NCBI GenBank assembly: GCA_038231275.1
Contig: JBBRLQ010000005.1
Location: 1-64,000, forward strand
From: Polyangiales bacterium
Lineage (GTDB): Bacteria > Myxococcota_A > Polyangia > Polyangiales > Polyangiaceae
Direction: 5' to 3'
Length of the DNA stretch: 64,000 nucleotides
Position numbers and translations under genes: made by a program. The notes beneath the pieces are model-generated. The model ran no database searches, was not told the DNA's origin, and was given only the letters and a program-made list of their open reading frames with translations. Positions 1-8,731 of the stretch are shown in pieces (positions within the stretch are counted from its first letter, which is position 1; the number at the start of each line of letters is the position of its first letter).

Positions 1-36
1 GCGAATCACTTCATCTCGGACCAAGGAGACTTTCCC

Positions 37-987
37 ATGATCGGCAAGACCCGCATCTCTCGCTCCGCCGCGCTCGCCGGCCTCTTCATTCCGATGGCGA
101 TCCTCACCGCGTGCGGTGGCAAGGGCGTCACCATCGGCTCGAACAGCGGCGAGCTCCGCACCGTCGATCCGGCGAGCGTCACCGGGAGCGTCCCCGCGTG
201 CCAGCCGCAGCAGGCGCACCCGAACGTGTGCTGCAAGGGCGGGCCGAACGAGGCCTCTGACTGCGTCACGTACGTGAACAGCCCCTTCCACAAGTGCGAC
301 GACGGCTGGACTCTCTATCCCGATCCCGGCACGTGCTGCGATCTCAACGATCCGAAGACGTGCGTAGTGCCGCCTCCTGGCCCGCCCCCTCCGACGGGCT
401 GCGGCTATGCGTGCGCGCCGGGCTGGTGGCCGGTCGTCAACAACCCCGGCGAGTGCTGCCACATTCTCCCCGGCGGAAACTCTCTCGAGTGCTCGCAGGT
501 CGCGTGGGGCTACGGAGAGGCCGAGCCTGCGATCGCTTGCGGCGGCGGCGGCGGCGGTACGGTCGACGCCGGTCCTCCGGTGATCATCGATGGCGGTCCG
601 GCACCCGACGCGGCGCCGCCGCCCCTGGACGGAGGCGCTCCGGATGCGACGCCGGTTCCGAACCCGCCGCCCCCGGGCCCGGGCCCGGTTCCCCCGCCGA
701 TCGAGTGCGATGGCGGCGCGCCCCCGCCGGTTCCCCCGCCGCCCCCGTGGCCGGGCCCGGTCTGCAACTCGCCCTGCCCGAACGGCTTCCACCCGCTCCC
801 GGCGGATCCGTCGATCTGCTGCGCTCCTGAGCCCAACGGCGGCGAGATCTGCTTCTCGCAAGCGGTCGGTCCGGCGGGCGGCACCGGCGGCGTGAGCTTC
901 GGCGGCAGCGGCGGCGGCAGCACGCCTCCGAGTGGCGGCACCGGCGGCAGCGCTGGCGGCGGCGGCAACCCGAGCGGCGGGAAGTAA
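37..987 (+). CDS. Cys/Pro-rich lipoprotein of unknown function
   Basis: RBS AAGGAG upstream; lipobox LTAC; repeated C-x2-G-[WF]...P-x2-CC modules; Pro and DAG/DGG linkers. Confidence 0.8.
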   Translation: MIGKTRISRSAALAGLFIPMAILTACGGKGVTIGSNSGELRTVDPASVTGSVPACQPQQAHPNVCCKGGPNEASDCVTYVNSPFHKCDDGWTLYPDPGTCCDLNDPKTCVVPPPGPPPPTGCGYACAPGWWPVVNNPGECCHILPGGNSLECSQVAWGYGEAEPAIACGGGGGGTVDAGPPVIIDGGPAPDAAPPPLDGGAPDATPVPNPPPPGPGPVPPPIECDGGAPPPVPPPPPWPGPVCNSPCPNGFHPLPADPSICCAPEPNGGEICFSQAVGPAGGTGGVSFGGSGGGSTPPSGGTGGSAGGGGNPSGGK

Positions 988-1028
988 CCGGCAAAGGCGC
1001 GCGCCGCTCGCGAAGAGCGACGCACTTT

Positions 1029-1069
1029 CGAGGACACGAGCTCTCCCGCTCGTGTCCTCGTCTTTTTTT
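1029..1069 (+). terminator. Rho-independent terminator
   Basis: 13-bp stem CGAGGACACGAGC / GCTCGTGTCCTCG with a 6-nt loop, followed by TCTTTTTTT. Confidence 0.85.
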
Positions 1070-1106
1070 GTCGCCGCGCGAGAAGCTTCTGGTTAGTCGC
1101 GAACGG

Positions 1107-1871
1107 TCAGCGCGTCGCGGACGCGCGTGACTTGCTCCGGAGCCAGGCGATGCCGTGGGCCATGAAGGTCCAATCGACCATGTGACCCGCGGCGCGCTCT
1201 TCGACCTTGTAGGGCCAGCCCATCGCCGCGAGCGTGCCGGCGAAGCCGCGCGAGTCGGGCGCGGTCGCTTTATCCGCACCTGAAACGCCGACGAAGATCG
1301 GCGCGCGTTTGCCCGGCGTCTGCTTCGGCCCCCACGACGCCGCGCCCGCGAGGACCATGTACCCGTCGACGTCGAGCGCGCTCCTCAGCGCGAGTGAGCT
1401 CGCGTAGTACGCGCCGCTCGAGAAGCCGATCACGAAGACCTCGTCGAACGCATGCCCGAGCTTCGCCTCGAGCTTCGCGCGCGACGCGGCGAAGCCGGCG
1501 ACGACCGCGGGCTCTTGCTCCTTCTGCGCGGCCACCGACGTCGGCCACAAATAGCCGCCGGGCGTTCTAGGCGACGTTGGCAGGAGGACGGTGAACGAAT
1601 GCTTCTTCGCGTGCATCGCCAGTGCGCGCTGCTGGAGGTATTGGAACCCCGGCGTCGTCGCGAGCATCCCGTGGAGGTAGATGACGAGCGTCCGCCGACC
1701 ATCCTCCGGCGCGCCGCCGTCGAAGTAGCACACGTGATCGGAGAGCTCGCTCACTTCGGGCGCGCACCACGGTGAGGCCGCTGTCGGCGCGGCGGCGGCG
1801 GCGGGGGCTACCGCAGGCGGCGCTACGAGCGCGATGGCGACCAGCGGAAAGGCGAGGTGTCGCGGTAACAT
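1107..1871 (-). CDS. Secreted alpha/beta-hydrolase (esterase-like)
   Basis: Signal peptide MLPRHLAFPLVAIALV; YLHG oxyanion motif; GFSSG nucleophile elbow; C-terminal Asp and His (AGHM). Confidence 0.75.
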   Translation of the reverse strand: MLPRHLAFPLVAIALVAPPAVAPAAAAAPTAASPWCAPEVSELSDHVCYFDGGAPEDGRRTLVIYLHGMLATTPGFQYLQQRALAMHAKKHSFTVLLPTSPRTPGGYLWPTSVAAQKEQEPAVVAGFAASRAKLEAKLGHAFDEVFVIGFSSGAYYASSLALRSALDVDGYMVLAGAASWGPKQTPGKRAPIFVGVSGADKATAPDSRGFAGTLAAMGWPYKVEERAAGHMVDWTFMAHGIAWLRSKSRASATR

Positions 1872-1965
1872 CGGCAGCGGCGTAGCACATGGCGCGCCCT
1901 CGCGCGATTCGCGCGACTTGTCATCGGTCGCGCGTGTTGAACGGCTATCTGCCCCCGCCGTCCCT

Positions 1966-2505
1966 TCAGGTCCGCGGCGGGAAGGTGCCAAGCTGCTTCA
2001 TCATGTCGAGGTGGTCCATGGTCATCCACGTCTCGACGATCTTTCCGTCCTTGAAACGGTAAGTGAAGATCTGCTCGATGCTCACGTGCTTGCCCGTCGC
2101 CGGCACTGGCTTCTTGAAATCGAGCGCGCCGGTCTGAGTTCCGTCGAGGATCGTTCGGAGGACGACGCGGTCGCCCTCTGCGGTGACGTCCACGACCTTC
2201 ATCGACAGATCGGGAAACGCCGCGAAGAGCTTCTTGCCGATCGTGCGCATTCCTTCCGCGCCCTGCGCCTCGGGGATCGCGGCGTGGTTCACCAGGTCGG
2301 TCGCGTACACGCCGCCGACGGCCGAGTCGGGGTTCTTCTTCTCCCAGAAGTCTTGCACCATCTTGAGGACGGCTGCTTTGTTCGCTTCGGCCTCCGTCTT
2401 CGGCTTGCCGCACACGTCCGCGCTCGTCGGCTGAACGCGCGCTTCCGTCGCGCAGCCGCCGATCAATATCGAGGACGCGAGCACCACGATGACCGCCGCC
2501 CTCAC
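1966..2505 (-). CDS. SnoaL-like ester cyclase (NTF2 fold), lipoprotein
   Basis: GTG start overlapping the upstream stop (GTGA); lipobox IGGC; AFPDL..AEGDRV..GT.TG..PATGK..FKDGKIVE.W. Confidence 0.8.
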   Translation of the reverse strand: MRAAVIVVLASSILIGGCATEARVQPTSADVCGKPKTEAEANKAAVLKMVQDFWEKKNPDSAVGGVYATDLVNHAAIPEAQGAEGMRTIGKKLFAAFPDLSMKVVDVTAEGDRVVLRTILDGTQTGALDFKKPVPATGKHVSIEQIFTYRFKDGKIVETWMTMDHLDMMKQLGTFPPRT

Positions 2506-2933
2506 GACCGCACCTCCGGCAGCACGCCGAGCTGGCGCAGCATGGCGAGATCGTCTCGCTCCGCCCAGTGCTCGGCGATCTTTCCGCTCTCGACCCGGTA
2601 CACGTGGATGTGGGTCGCACGGAACGACTTGCCGGTCGGCGGCAGCGGGAATTTCACGAACTCCAGCGGGCCCTCGTGCGTGCCGGTCACCGTCACGCGG
2701 CAGACGACCTTGCTCCCCTCGGCGATGACGTCCTCGAGGACCATCTTCATGTCCGGGAACGCGCGGCGGAGCTTGGTCGCGATCGCGCGCGCACCGCTTC
2801 GCCCTTGCGACTGCGGAACGGCGGCGTGGTTCACGGCGTCCTCGGCCATCACGTTCGCGAAGCCGTCGATGTCGCCGGCGTTGAACGCCTCGAATTGCTG
2901 GACCACCAGTGCCTTGTTCGTCTCGATGCTCAT
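2502..2933 (-). CDS. SnoaL-like ester cyclase (NTF2 fold), cytoplasmic
   Basis: RBS AAGGAGG; MSIETNKALV..AFPD..AEGSKV..GTHEG..PPTGK..GKIAEHW. Confidence 0.88.
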   Translation of the reverse strand: MSIETNKALVVQQFEAFNAGDIDGFANVMAEDAVNHAAVPQSQGRSGARAIATKLRRAFPDMKMVLEDVIAEGSKVVCRVTVTGTHEGPLEFVKFPLPPTGKSFRATHIHVYRVESGKIAEHWAERDDLAMLRQLGVLPEVRS

Positions 2934-3016
2934 GGGAACGTCCCTCCTTACGAGGAGGAGGCGTTCCATTCGATGGAACGTCGTTCAAAAGGCCGGAAAT
3001 TCGACAAATTCGTCGT

Positions 3017-6000
3017 TTACCGCCCCTTGTCCGACCAGGCTGGAGTGAACGAGCAGAAGGAACCCGTGCGTACGGAGGCGTCCAGGTAGCGGCCGATGGC
3101 GGGGCTCTGCGCGCGGACGCGATCGAGGGCGTCACGGAGGCGCCGCTGGACGTTGACACGCATGCGCTCCACGTCGGAGGCCGCTTTGCGGTCGCGACCG
3201 CCGAGGCCGACGGCGCGCGCGAGCTCTTCGCCGAGGAGATCGAGCTCGGCGCGCGCCTTCTCCGCGCGACCGACGTCGCCGTGGGTCGTGGCCTCGTCGA
3301 GCGCGGCGCGGAGATCGGTCGCGCGGAGTCGGTAGCTCGCCTTCGCGGCCTCGTCGAGGCTGGGACCGGCATCGCCAGTCGCTTGCTCGGGCGCGCCTAC
3401 GAGCTGCGCGACGTGGACCTCCTGGCCCGGGTGCGCGAGCAGCGTCGCGAGATATGCAAAGCCCTTGGACGGCTTGAGGTGCCAAGACTCTGCGCCGGCG
3501 CGTAACGTCCACATCTCGCCGTCCTGGTCGAGTGAGAGGGCTGGAGGGGACGCGGGCGCGGCAGACGATTCTGCGCTCGCAGGCGGCGAGACGGGTCGCA
3601 CGCCGAGCGCGTCGCGTCGCGCGCGCGCGCGGCCGGCGTAGAGGGACGCGCCGATCGCGTCGGCGAACACGATCGAGCGCTCGTAGTGCGCCGCGGCTTC
3701 GTCTCGGCGATCGAGGATCGCCGCCATTTCGCCCAAGAGGAGCGACGTCGGGCCGAGCGAGCCCGCGCAGCCCGCGAGGACGATGAGCGCGCCTCCCCTT
3801 CGAGCGCTCTCTCCGACCGGGTCGTAGAGCGTCGCGACGAGCTCACGATCTTCGACGAGCACCGCGCTCCACGCCGCCGGGCCGACCGCCGGGAGCACGC
3901 TGACCTGCACGAACCCCAGGATCTCGCGAAGCGTTGCGCCCACGCGTGCCCGCGCGCTCTCCATGTCGCAAGCGCCGCACGACGCGCGGAGGGCGAGGAG
4001 GAGAGAGGAGAATGCGCGTCCCGGCGTCGCCATGCCCTCGAACACGCGCTCGATGCCCTCCCGCGCGGCCTCGAGCTGCGCCCTGTCCCTGCGCGCGAAA
4101 TGACGCCCGAGCAGGCCGAACGCCTGCAAAAAGCCGGTGAGCGGAGTCTCACTGCTCGCGAGGAGCGTCGCGACCTCGGAGAAGGCGAGGTCCGCGTCCT
4201 CCCACGCGCCGGCCAGAGAGGCGCGCATCGCGCGGGCGAGCGGCAGGCGTACGCGATAGTGAGACAGGCGCATGCGCTCGACGACACCCGCGAGCTCTGC
4301 GAAGTGGCGCTCGCACCCCACGAGGTCGGCGTGCTCGAGATCGCACGCGATCGCCCAGGGGAGGCTCTGCGCCGCGATCGCCGGTCGATCGAGCGCCAGG
4401 GCGAGCGCGACGGTCTCGTGCACCAGCGCACGCCGCTCGGCCGCGTCGGCGCGAAAGCCGATTCCCGCCGAGGCGAACTGCAACGTATGGAGCAGCGAGA
4501 GGCGATCGCCTGCGCGGCGTGCCATCGCGAGCGCCTCCCGCGCCAGCGATTCGGGCTCCAAGTCGTGGACCGGCAGCGGGATGAGCGCGGAGGCGAGGCG
4601 CGCCATGACGTGCGCGCGCACCGGTGAGTCCTCGGCACCAAGCGCCTCCATGGCGTCGCGCAGCAGCGCGATCATGCGCTCGTCGCGCCGCCCGGTTGTG
4701 ATCTCGGTCCCATAGATCAGGGCCGCGCGCACTACGAGCGGCGCATCGCGGAGCCCCTTCGCGAGCCCCGCGGCGCGCGCGCACACGTCGCGTCCGCGCG
4801 GGCCCAGGCCCGACAAGAACAGCGCCTCACCCAGCTCGATGAGGAGGGCGGCGCCTTCGGCCGTCTCGATCGGCCCACGCGACTCGAGGAGCAGGACCGC
4901 GGCGTCGAGCACCTCGGCGGCCTGCTCGTACGCGACGCGCTCCAGCGCGTGCGCGGCGGCTCGCCGGGCCCGTTCGACAGCGCGCGCGATCTCTCCCCCG
5001 GCCCGCGCGGCCAAGAGATCGTGGTGTGCCGCGCGCGCGAGCGAGTCGTGGTCCCCCAGCTCGGCCCGTCGCGCGAGCAGGTCGGCGACGCGCGCATGGA
5101 GCACGGCGCGCCGAGGCGCGTCCAGCGACGCGTAGAGCGCGTCGCGGAGCAGGATATGACGAAAGGCGTAGCGCTCCTCGCCGCGGGGCTCGATCACGCC
5201 CAGCTTCGCCGCCGCCGCGAGCGCGCCGTCCACGTCCATCCCCGCGTCCGTGAGCTTCGTCAGCTCGGCGCGCGACGCCTCGCGCCCCACGACCGCCGCG
5301 ACCTCGAGGACCCCGCGCGCGCCGTCCGTCAGCCGCGCCAGGTGCTCGGAGATCGCGATGCGGACCGCGTCGGACGACGCGAGATCCCAGCCCCCGTCGC
5401 CCGACATCGCCAGGAGCTCCTCCACGAACAGTGGATTGCCCTCCGTCGCGCGGTGCACGCGCGCGGCGCCGCTCTCGGGGCGCCCGACGCCCCTCAGCCA
5501 CTCTGCGACGTCGCTCGCGTCGAGTCGGCGCAGGGCGACCGTCTCGCCGTCGCGCGCGATCCTGGCGAGCAGGGCACCGACCTCGGGGTGGAGGCGCGCT
5601 TCGATCTCACGGTGCGTGAGCACGATGAGCAGCTTCGACGGGCGCAGACCGTTCGCCACGAATCGCAGGAGCATGAGAGACGGGACGTCCGCGGCGTGCG
5701 CGTCGTCCACGACGACGACTAGCGGGGCTGTCGCGCTCTCGCGCGCGAGGGTCCTCGCGACCGCGTCGAAAACGCGAAATCGCGCCTCCTCTGCCTCCGC
5801 TGCGGAGGATGCCGCCGCGACCGCGGTCGGCGCGCCGTCGAGCTCGGCGGGCGAGTCGCCGACGCCGAGAGCGCGCGTGATCTGCGTCCACGGCCAGAAC
5901 GCCGGCGCGCCCCCCGCCTCCCAGCAGCGCCCCCACACGACGCGCGCGCCCGCGCCGGTCGCGATCTCGGCGAGCTCGTCGGCCAGGCGCGTCTTGCCGA

Positions 6001-6130
6001 TGCCCGGCTCGCCGACGATCCGAACGAGGCGCCCCACACCCGCGCGCGCCCCCTCGAAGGCCGCAGCGAGCCGCCGAAGCTCGGTCTCACGGCCGACGAG
6101 CGGATTGGTGCCCCCCACGTCGGGAAGCAT
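3017..6130 (-). CDS. STAND/AAA_16 ATPase with TPR-like region and putative C-terminal DNA-binding domain (transcriptional regulator)
   Basis: LVGRETEL; Walker A GEPGIGKT; Walker B VVVVDDAH; TEGNPLF; FRHIL; C-terminal KGFAYL..L..PG.E.H...RTG.FC.F. Confidence 0.8.
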   Translation of the reverse strand: MLPDVGGTNPLVGRETELRRLAAAFEGARAGVGRLVRIVGEPGIGKTRLADELAEIATGAGARVVWGRCWEAGGAPAFWPWTQITRALGVGDSPAELDGAPTAVAAASSAAEAEEARFRVFDAVARTLARESATAPLVVVVDDAHAADVPSLMLLRFVANGLRPSKLLIVLTHREIEARLHPEVGALLARIARDGETVALRRLDASDVAEWLRGVGRPESGAARVHRATEGNPLFVEELLAMSGDGGWDLASSDAVRIAISEHLARLTDGARGVLEVAAVVGREASRAELTKLTDAGMDVDGALAAAAKLGVIEPRGEERYAFRHILLRDALYASLDAPRRAVLHARVADLLARRAELGDHDSLARAAHHDLLAARAGGEIARAVERARRAAAHALERVAYEQAAEVLDAAVLLLESRGPIETAEGAALLIELGEALFLSGLGPRGRDVCARAAGLAKGLRDAPLVVRAALIYGTEITTGRRDERMIALLRDAMEALGAEDSPVRAHVMARLASALIPLPVHDLEPESLAREALAMARRAGDRLSLLHTLQFASAGIGFRADAAERRALVHETVALALALDRPAIAAQSLPWAIACDLEHADLVGCERHFAELAGVVERMRLSHYRVRLPLARAMRASLAGAWEDADLAFSEVATLLASSETPLTGFLQAFGLLGRHFARRDRAQLEAAREGIERVFEGMATPGRAFSSLLLALRASCGACDMESARARVGATLREILGFVQVSVLPAVGPAAWSAVLVEDRELVATLYDPVGESARRGGALIVLAGCAGSLGPTSLLLGEMAAILDRRDEAAAHYERSIVFADAIGASLYAGRARARRDALGVRPVSPPASAESSAAPASPPALSLDQDGEMWTLRAGAESWHLKPSKGFAYLATLLAHPGQEVHVAQLVGAPEQATGDAGPSLDEAAKASYRLRATDLRAALDEATTHGDVGRAEKARAELDLLGEELARAVGLGGRDRKAASDVERMRVNVQRRLRDALDRVRAQSPAIGRYLDASVRTGSFCSFTPAWSDKGR

Positions 6131-6237
6131 AAAGCGGAAGTCGTCCGACCGTTGCTGGCAAACGTCGGGAGCGAGCCGCTGCGGGACGCGCTCCAGGTCC
6201 TTCCGTCCCTCGAGGTCGCGGCGACCGCGGGCGGCGA

Positions 6238-6648
6238 TTACAAGAGGACGACGAGGCCCTTCTCGGCCATCTCGCAGAGCGCGCGGAAGGCGTCGATCAT
6301 GAGGAGCCCGCTCGCGTCGAGGATCTCCTCGACCGTTCGATGGCCGTCGATCACGGCGAGGAGGGTCAGCTCGTCGGCGCCCAGGACCACGCCGTCCATT
6401 TCGCGCGAGCTCACCGTCAGCACCGGCACGGCTCCCTCGTCGAGGAGTTTGCCGGCGACCGCGAGCGCGCCGCGGTAGTCGCCGAACTCGAAGCGCGCCA
6501 GGATCTCCTGGATGGGCAGGAGCCGCGCGGTCTTGCGTGCAGTCTCTTTGAACCGCAACCCGGACTCCAGCGCTGCGGGGCGCAGCGTGGGGCTCTGATC
6601 GGAAGGCGGCGAAAGCTCCTCGGCGCGGTCAGTTCGATCGATGGTCAT
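6238..6648 (-). CDS. Hypothetical protein with C-terminal winged-helix-like segment
   Basis: LLAVIDGHRTVEEILDASGL...L.EKGLV, a pattern common in myxobacterial small proteins. Confidence 0.6.
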   Translation of the reverse strand: MTIDRTDRAEELSPPSDQSPTLRPAALESGLRFKETARKTARLLPIQEILARFEFGDYRGALAVAGKLLDEGAVPVLTVSSREMDGVVLGADELTLLAVIDGHRTVEEILDASGLLMIDAFRALCEMAEKGLVVLL

Positions 6649-6709
6649 GGGTTCTGCCCCCTGACACCCCCGTCTCATCGCCGTCGCAACAAAATCGCCT
6701 CGGTCCGCC

Positions 6710-7906
6710 TTATTTCGCCGGCTCCACGATGCGCGACCACATTTGCATGAGGTTTCGAACGACTGCGCCGTCCGGCGCCTTCGCGACCGGCGGGATCTCG
6801 ATCTGGATTCCGTACTGCGCGAGGCGGGTGAACGGGTTCTGCGCGTCGGCCGTCTTCACCGGCACGGACGGATCGCCCGGCCGGAACCCGAAGCCGAGCG
6901 CGCGCTCCTGGATCTCGCGGGTCCGCAAATGGGCGAGCCACACGCGCGCCGCCTTCTTCTGCGCCGGCGTCACCCACTCGGCCTGGAGGATCGCCGCGGG
7001 GTGATCGCTCCACAGAGTGGTTCCGGGATAGTAGACGCGGAGATTTCCCCAACGCCCCTGCGCGTGCTCGATCTCGCTGACCGCGAGGTTCTCGTAGACG
7101 ACGGCGAGGTCGTACTTGGATGGCCCGAAGCGGACCATCTCAGTCATGAACGTGCCGGTCGACGACTCGAACTTGGAGACGCCCTTCTCGACCTCTTTGA
7201 CGAACGTCTGGTAGTCGGGCTTGAGCAGGTCGCCCACGTCGATCGACGTCTTGCCGTAGTACTCGACCGTCATCAGGTAGAGCGCTTGCAAACCCGAATT
7301 CGACTGCGTCGGATCGGTGTGCCCGAGCTTGACGAAGCCCCACGCCGATTTTCCGCCGACCGCCGGCCAGCCTTGGTTCGACATGACCGCCTTGTGGATC
7401 GACTTCCACGTGATGGCGCCCTTGGAGGACTTGAGCAGCGCCTCCGCGCGATCCTCCCAGATCACGAAGACCAGCGGCGTGATGACGAGCGACTGCGGCG
7501 CGTCGTCTCCGCTCGCGGCCACGAGGTCGCCCTTGGCCTTCGTCTTCCAGTCGCTGACGGCCAGGTTCAGGACGAGCGTGTCGGCCGGCGACCAGATCGT
7601 CGGCTTGTCCTTCTCGTTCACGACGCCGTCGGCCGCGGCGAGCGAGCCCTTGCCGACGAGGTTCAACTTGATCTCCGGGTGCTCCTTGCGGAAGGGGACG
7701 GCGGCGGCCTCGATCCAGTCCTTCTTCTCCGTCGAGTAGAGCATCGTGATCTCGACCGAGTCGCCGCCGCCCTCGGGCTTCGCGGCGCCGCCCTCCGCGG
7801 CTGCGGAGGGATCGCTGCCGGCCTTGTCTTTGCCGCCCATGGTGATGGCGAGGATGACGACGACGGCGAGCACGAACGCTCCGACGATGATGAGCTTGGC
7901 CTTCAT
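6710..7906 (-). CDS. Membrane-anchored extracellular solute-binding protein (SBP_bac_11-like)
   Basis: N-terminal TM; YSTEKKDW, GS, WSPA, HTDPTQSNSG, VYENL, SDHP, GFRP; paralog of the SBP domain in 8732-10438. Confidence 0.8.
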   Translation of the reverse strand: MKAKLIIVGAFVLAVVVILAITMGGKDKAGSDPSAAAEGGAAKPEGGGDSVEITMLYSTEKKDWIEAAAVPFRKEHPEIKLNLVGKGSLAAADGVVNEKDKPTIWSPADTLVLNLAVSDWKTKAKGDLVAASGDDAPQSLVITPLVFVIWEDRAEALLKSSKGAITWKSIHKAVMSNQGWPAVGGKSAWGFVKLGHTDPTQSNSGLQALYLMTVEYYGKTSIDVGDLLKPDYQTFVKEVEKGVSKFESSTGTFMTEMVRFGPSKYDLAVVYENLAVSEIEHAQGRWGNLRVYYPGTTLWSDHPAAILQAEWVTPAQKKAARVWLAHLRTREIQERALGFGFRPGDPSVPVKTADAQNPFTRLAQYGIQIEIPPVAKAPDGAVVRNLMQMWSRIVEPAK

Positions 7907-8697
7907 ACCCGCACCTCGGCGACCGTTTTGAGGGTGTCTTCGAACTCTCGAATCTCCGTGTTCATGCGATCGAGCTCCTCTTTGACGTCGCCGGACATCT
8001 GATCGGTGGCCTGCGCGTCGAGCGTCCGCATTCGGACGATCTTCGCCGGCAGCGCCTCGAGCGTCGACGCGATGCTGAGCAGCGTCGCGCTCACGCGCTC
8101 TTTGGTTTTGTAGAGATCCTTGAGCACCTCGAGGTGCTCGCGCCGCGCGACGTGCGCGCTCTCGTACTGGGTCTTCGCCTCGGGATCGGTCGCCTGGGCC
8201 ACGCGCGTGGCGAGGGCGTCCACGTCGGCCTTCACCACGCGCATGTCCGTCGTGCGGAGGTACTTGCCGACGTCGTCCCCGCGCACCGCCAGGTGGGCCG
8301 CGCGCTCTTCGAGCTCGGTCACCGACGCGAGCGCCATGACGAGCTGCGCCTGCACCTCCTCGGAGGTCGTGGCGAGGACGCGCTCGATCTCGAGCTTGGC
8401 GGCGAGGATCGCGCGCACGGCGGCTTGAATTTGCGCGTCCTCGTACTGCGTGGGCTCCGACAAGGTCGCGTCACGGGCGGCCGGCGCGGTCGCCTTGCCG
8501 CTGCCCTTCGATTTTCCGGTGACGAGATCCCACGCGACGAGCGCAGCGTACGTGGCCCCGCCGACCGCGAGGATCGGCCACGATTGAAGCGCCGCCGCGC
8601 CGACCGCCGCCGCGCCGACCACCACGAGGTTCGTGATGCCGGTCGTCGCGCCGACCGCGCGCTTCAGCACGCTCTTTCCGCTCGGATCGTCTGCCAC
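7903..8697 (-). CDS. Membrane protein with long coiled coil (possibly XpaC-like)
   Basis: GTG start after AAGGA; two N-terminal hydrophobic helices then heptad-rich helical region; stop overlaps the next start. Confidence 0.6.
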   Translation of the reverse strand: MADDPSGKSVLKRAVGATTGITNLVVVGAAAVGAAALQSWPILAVGGATYAALVAWDLVTGKSKGSGKATAPAARDATLSEPTQYEDAQIQAAVRAILAAKLEIERVLATTSEEVQAQLVMALASVTELEERAAHLAVRGDDVGKYLRTTDMRVVKADVDALATRVAQATDPEAKTQYESAHVARREHLEVLKDLYKTKERVSATLLSIASTLEALPAKIVRMRTLDAQATDQMSGDVKEELDRMNTEIREFEDTLKTVAEVRV

Positions 8698-8731
8698 GCC
8701 GCTGCTTTCGTTCCTTCGTCCCGTCGCCCCG

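Noticed and set aside
3017-6130. STAND ATPase as an Avs-type antiphage system
   Set aside because: No nuclease, TIR, SIR2 or other effector domain seen; the architecture fits a transcriptional regulator
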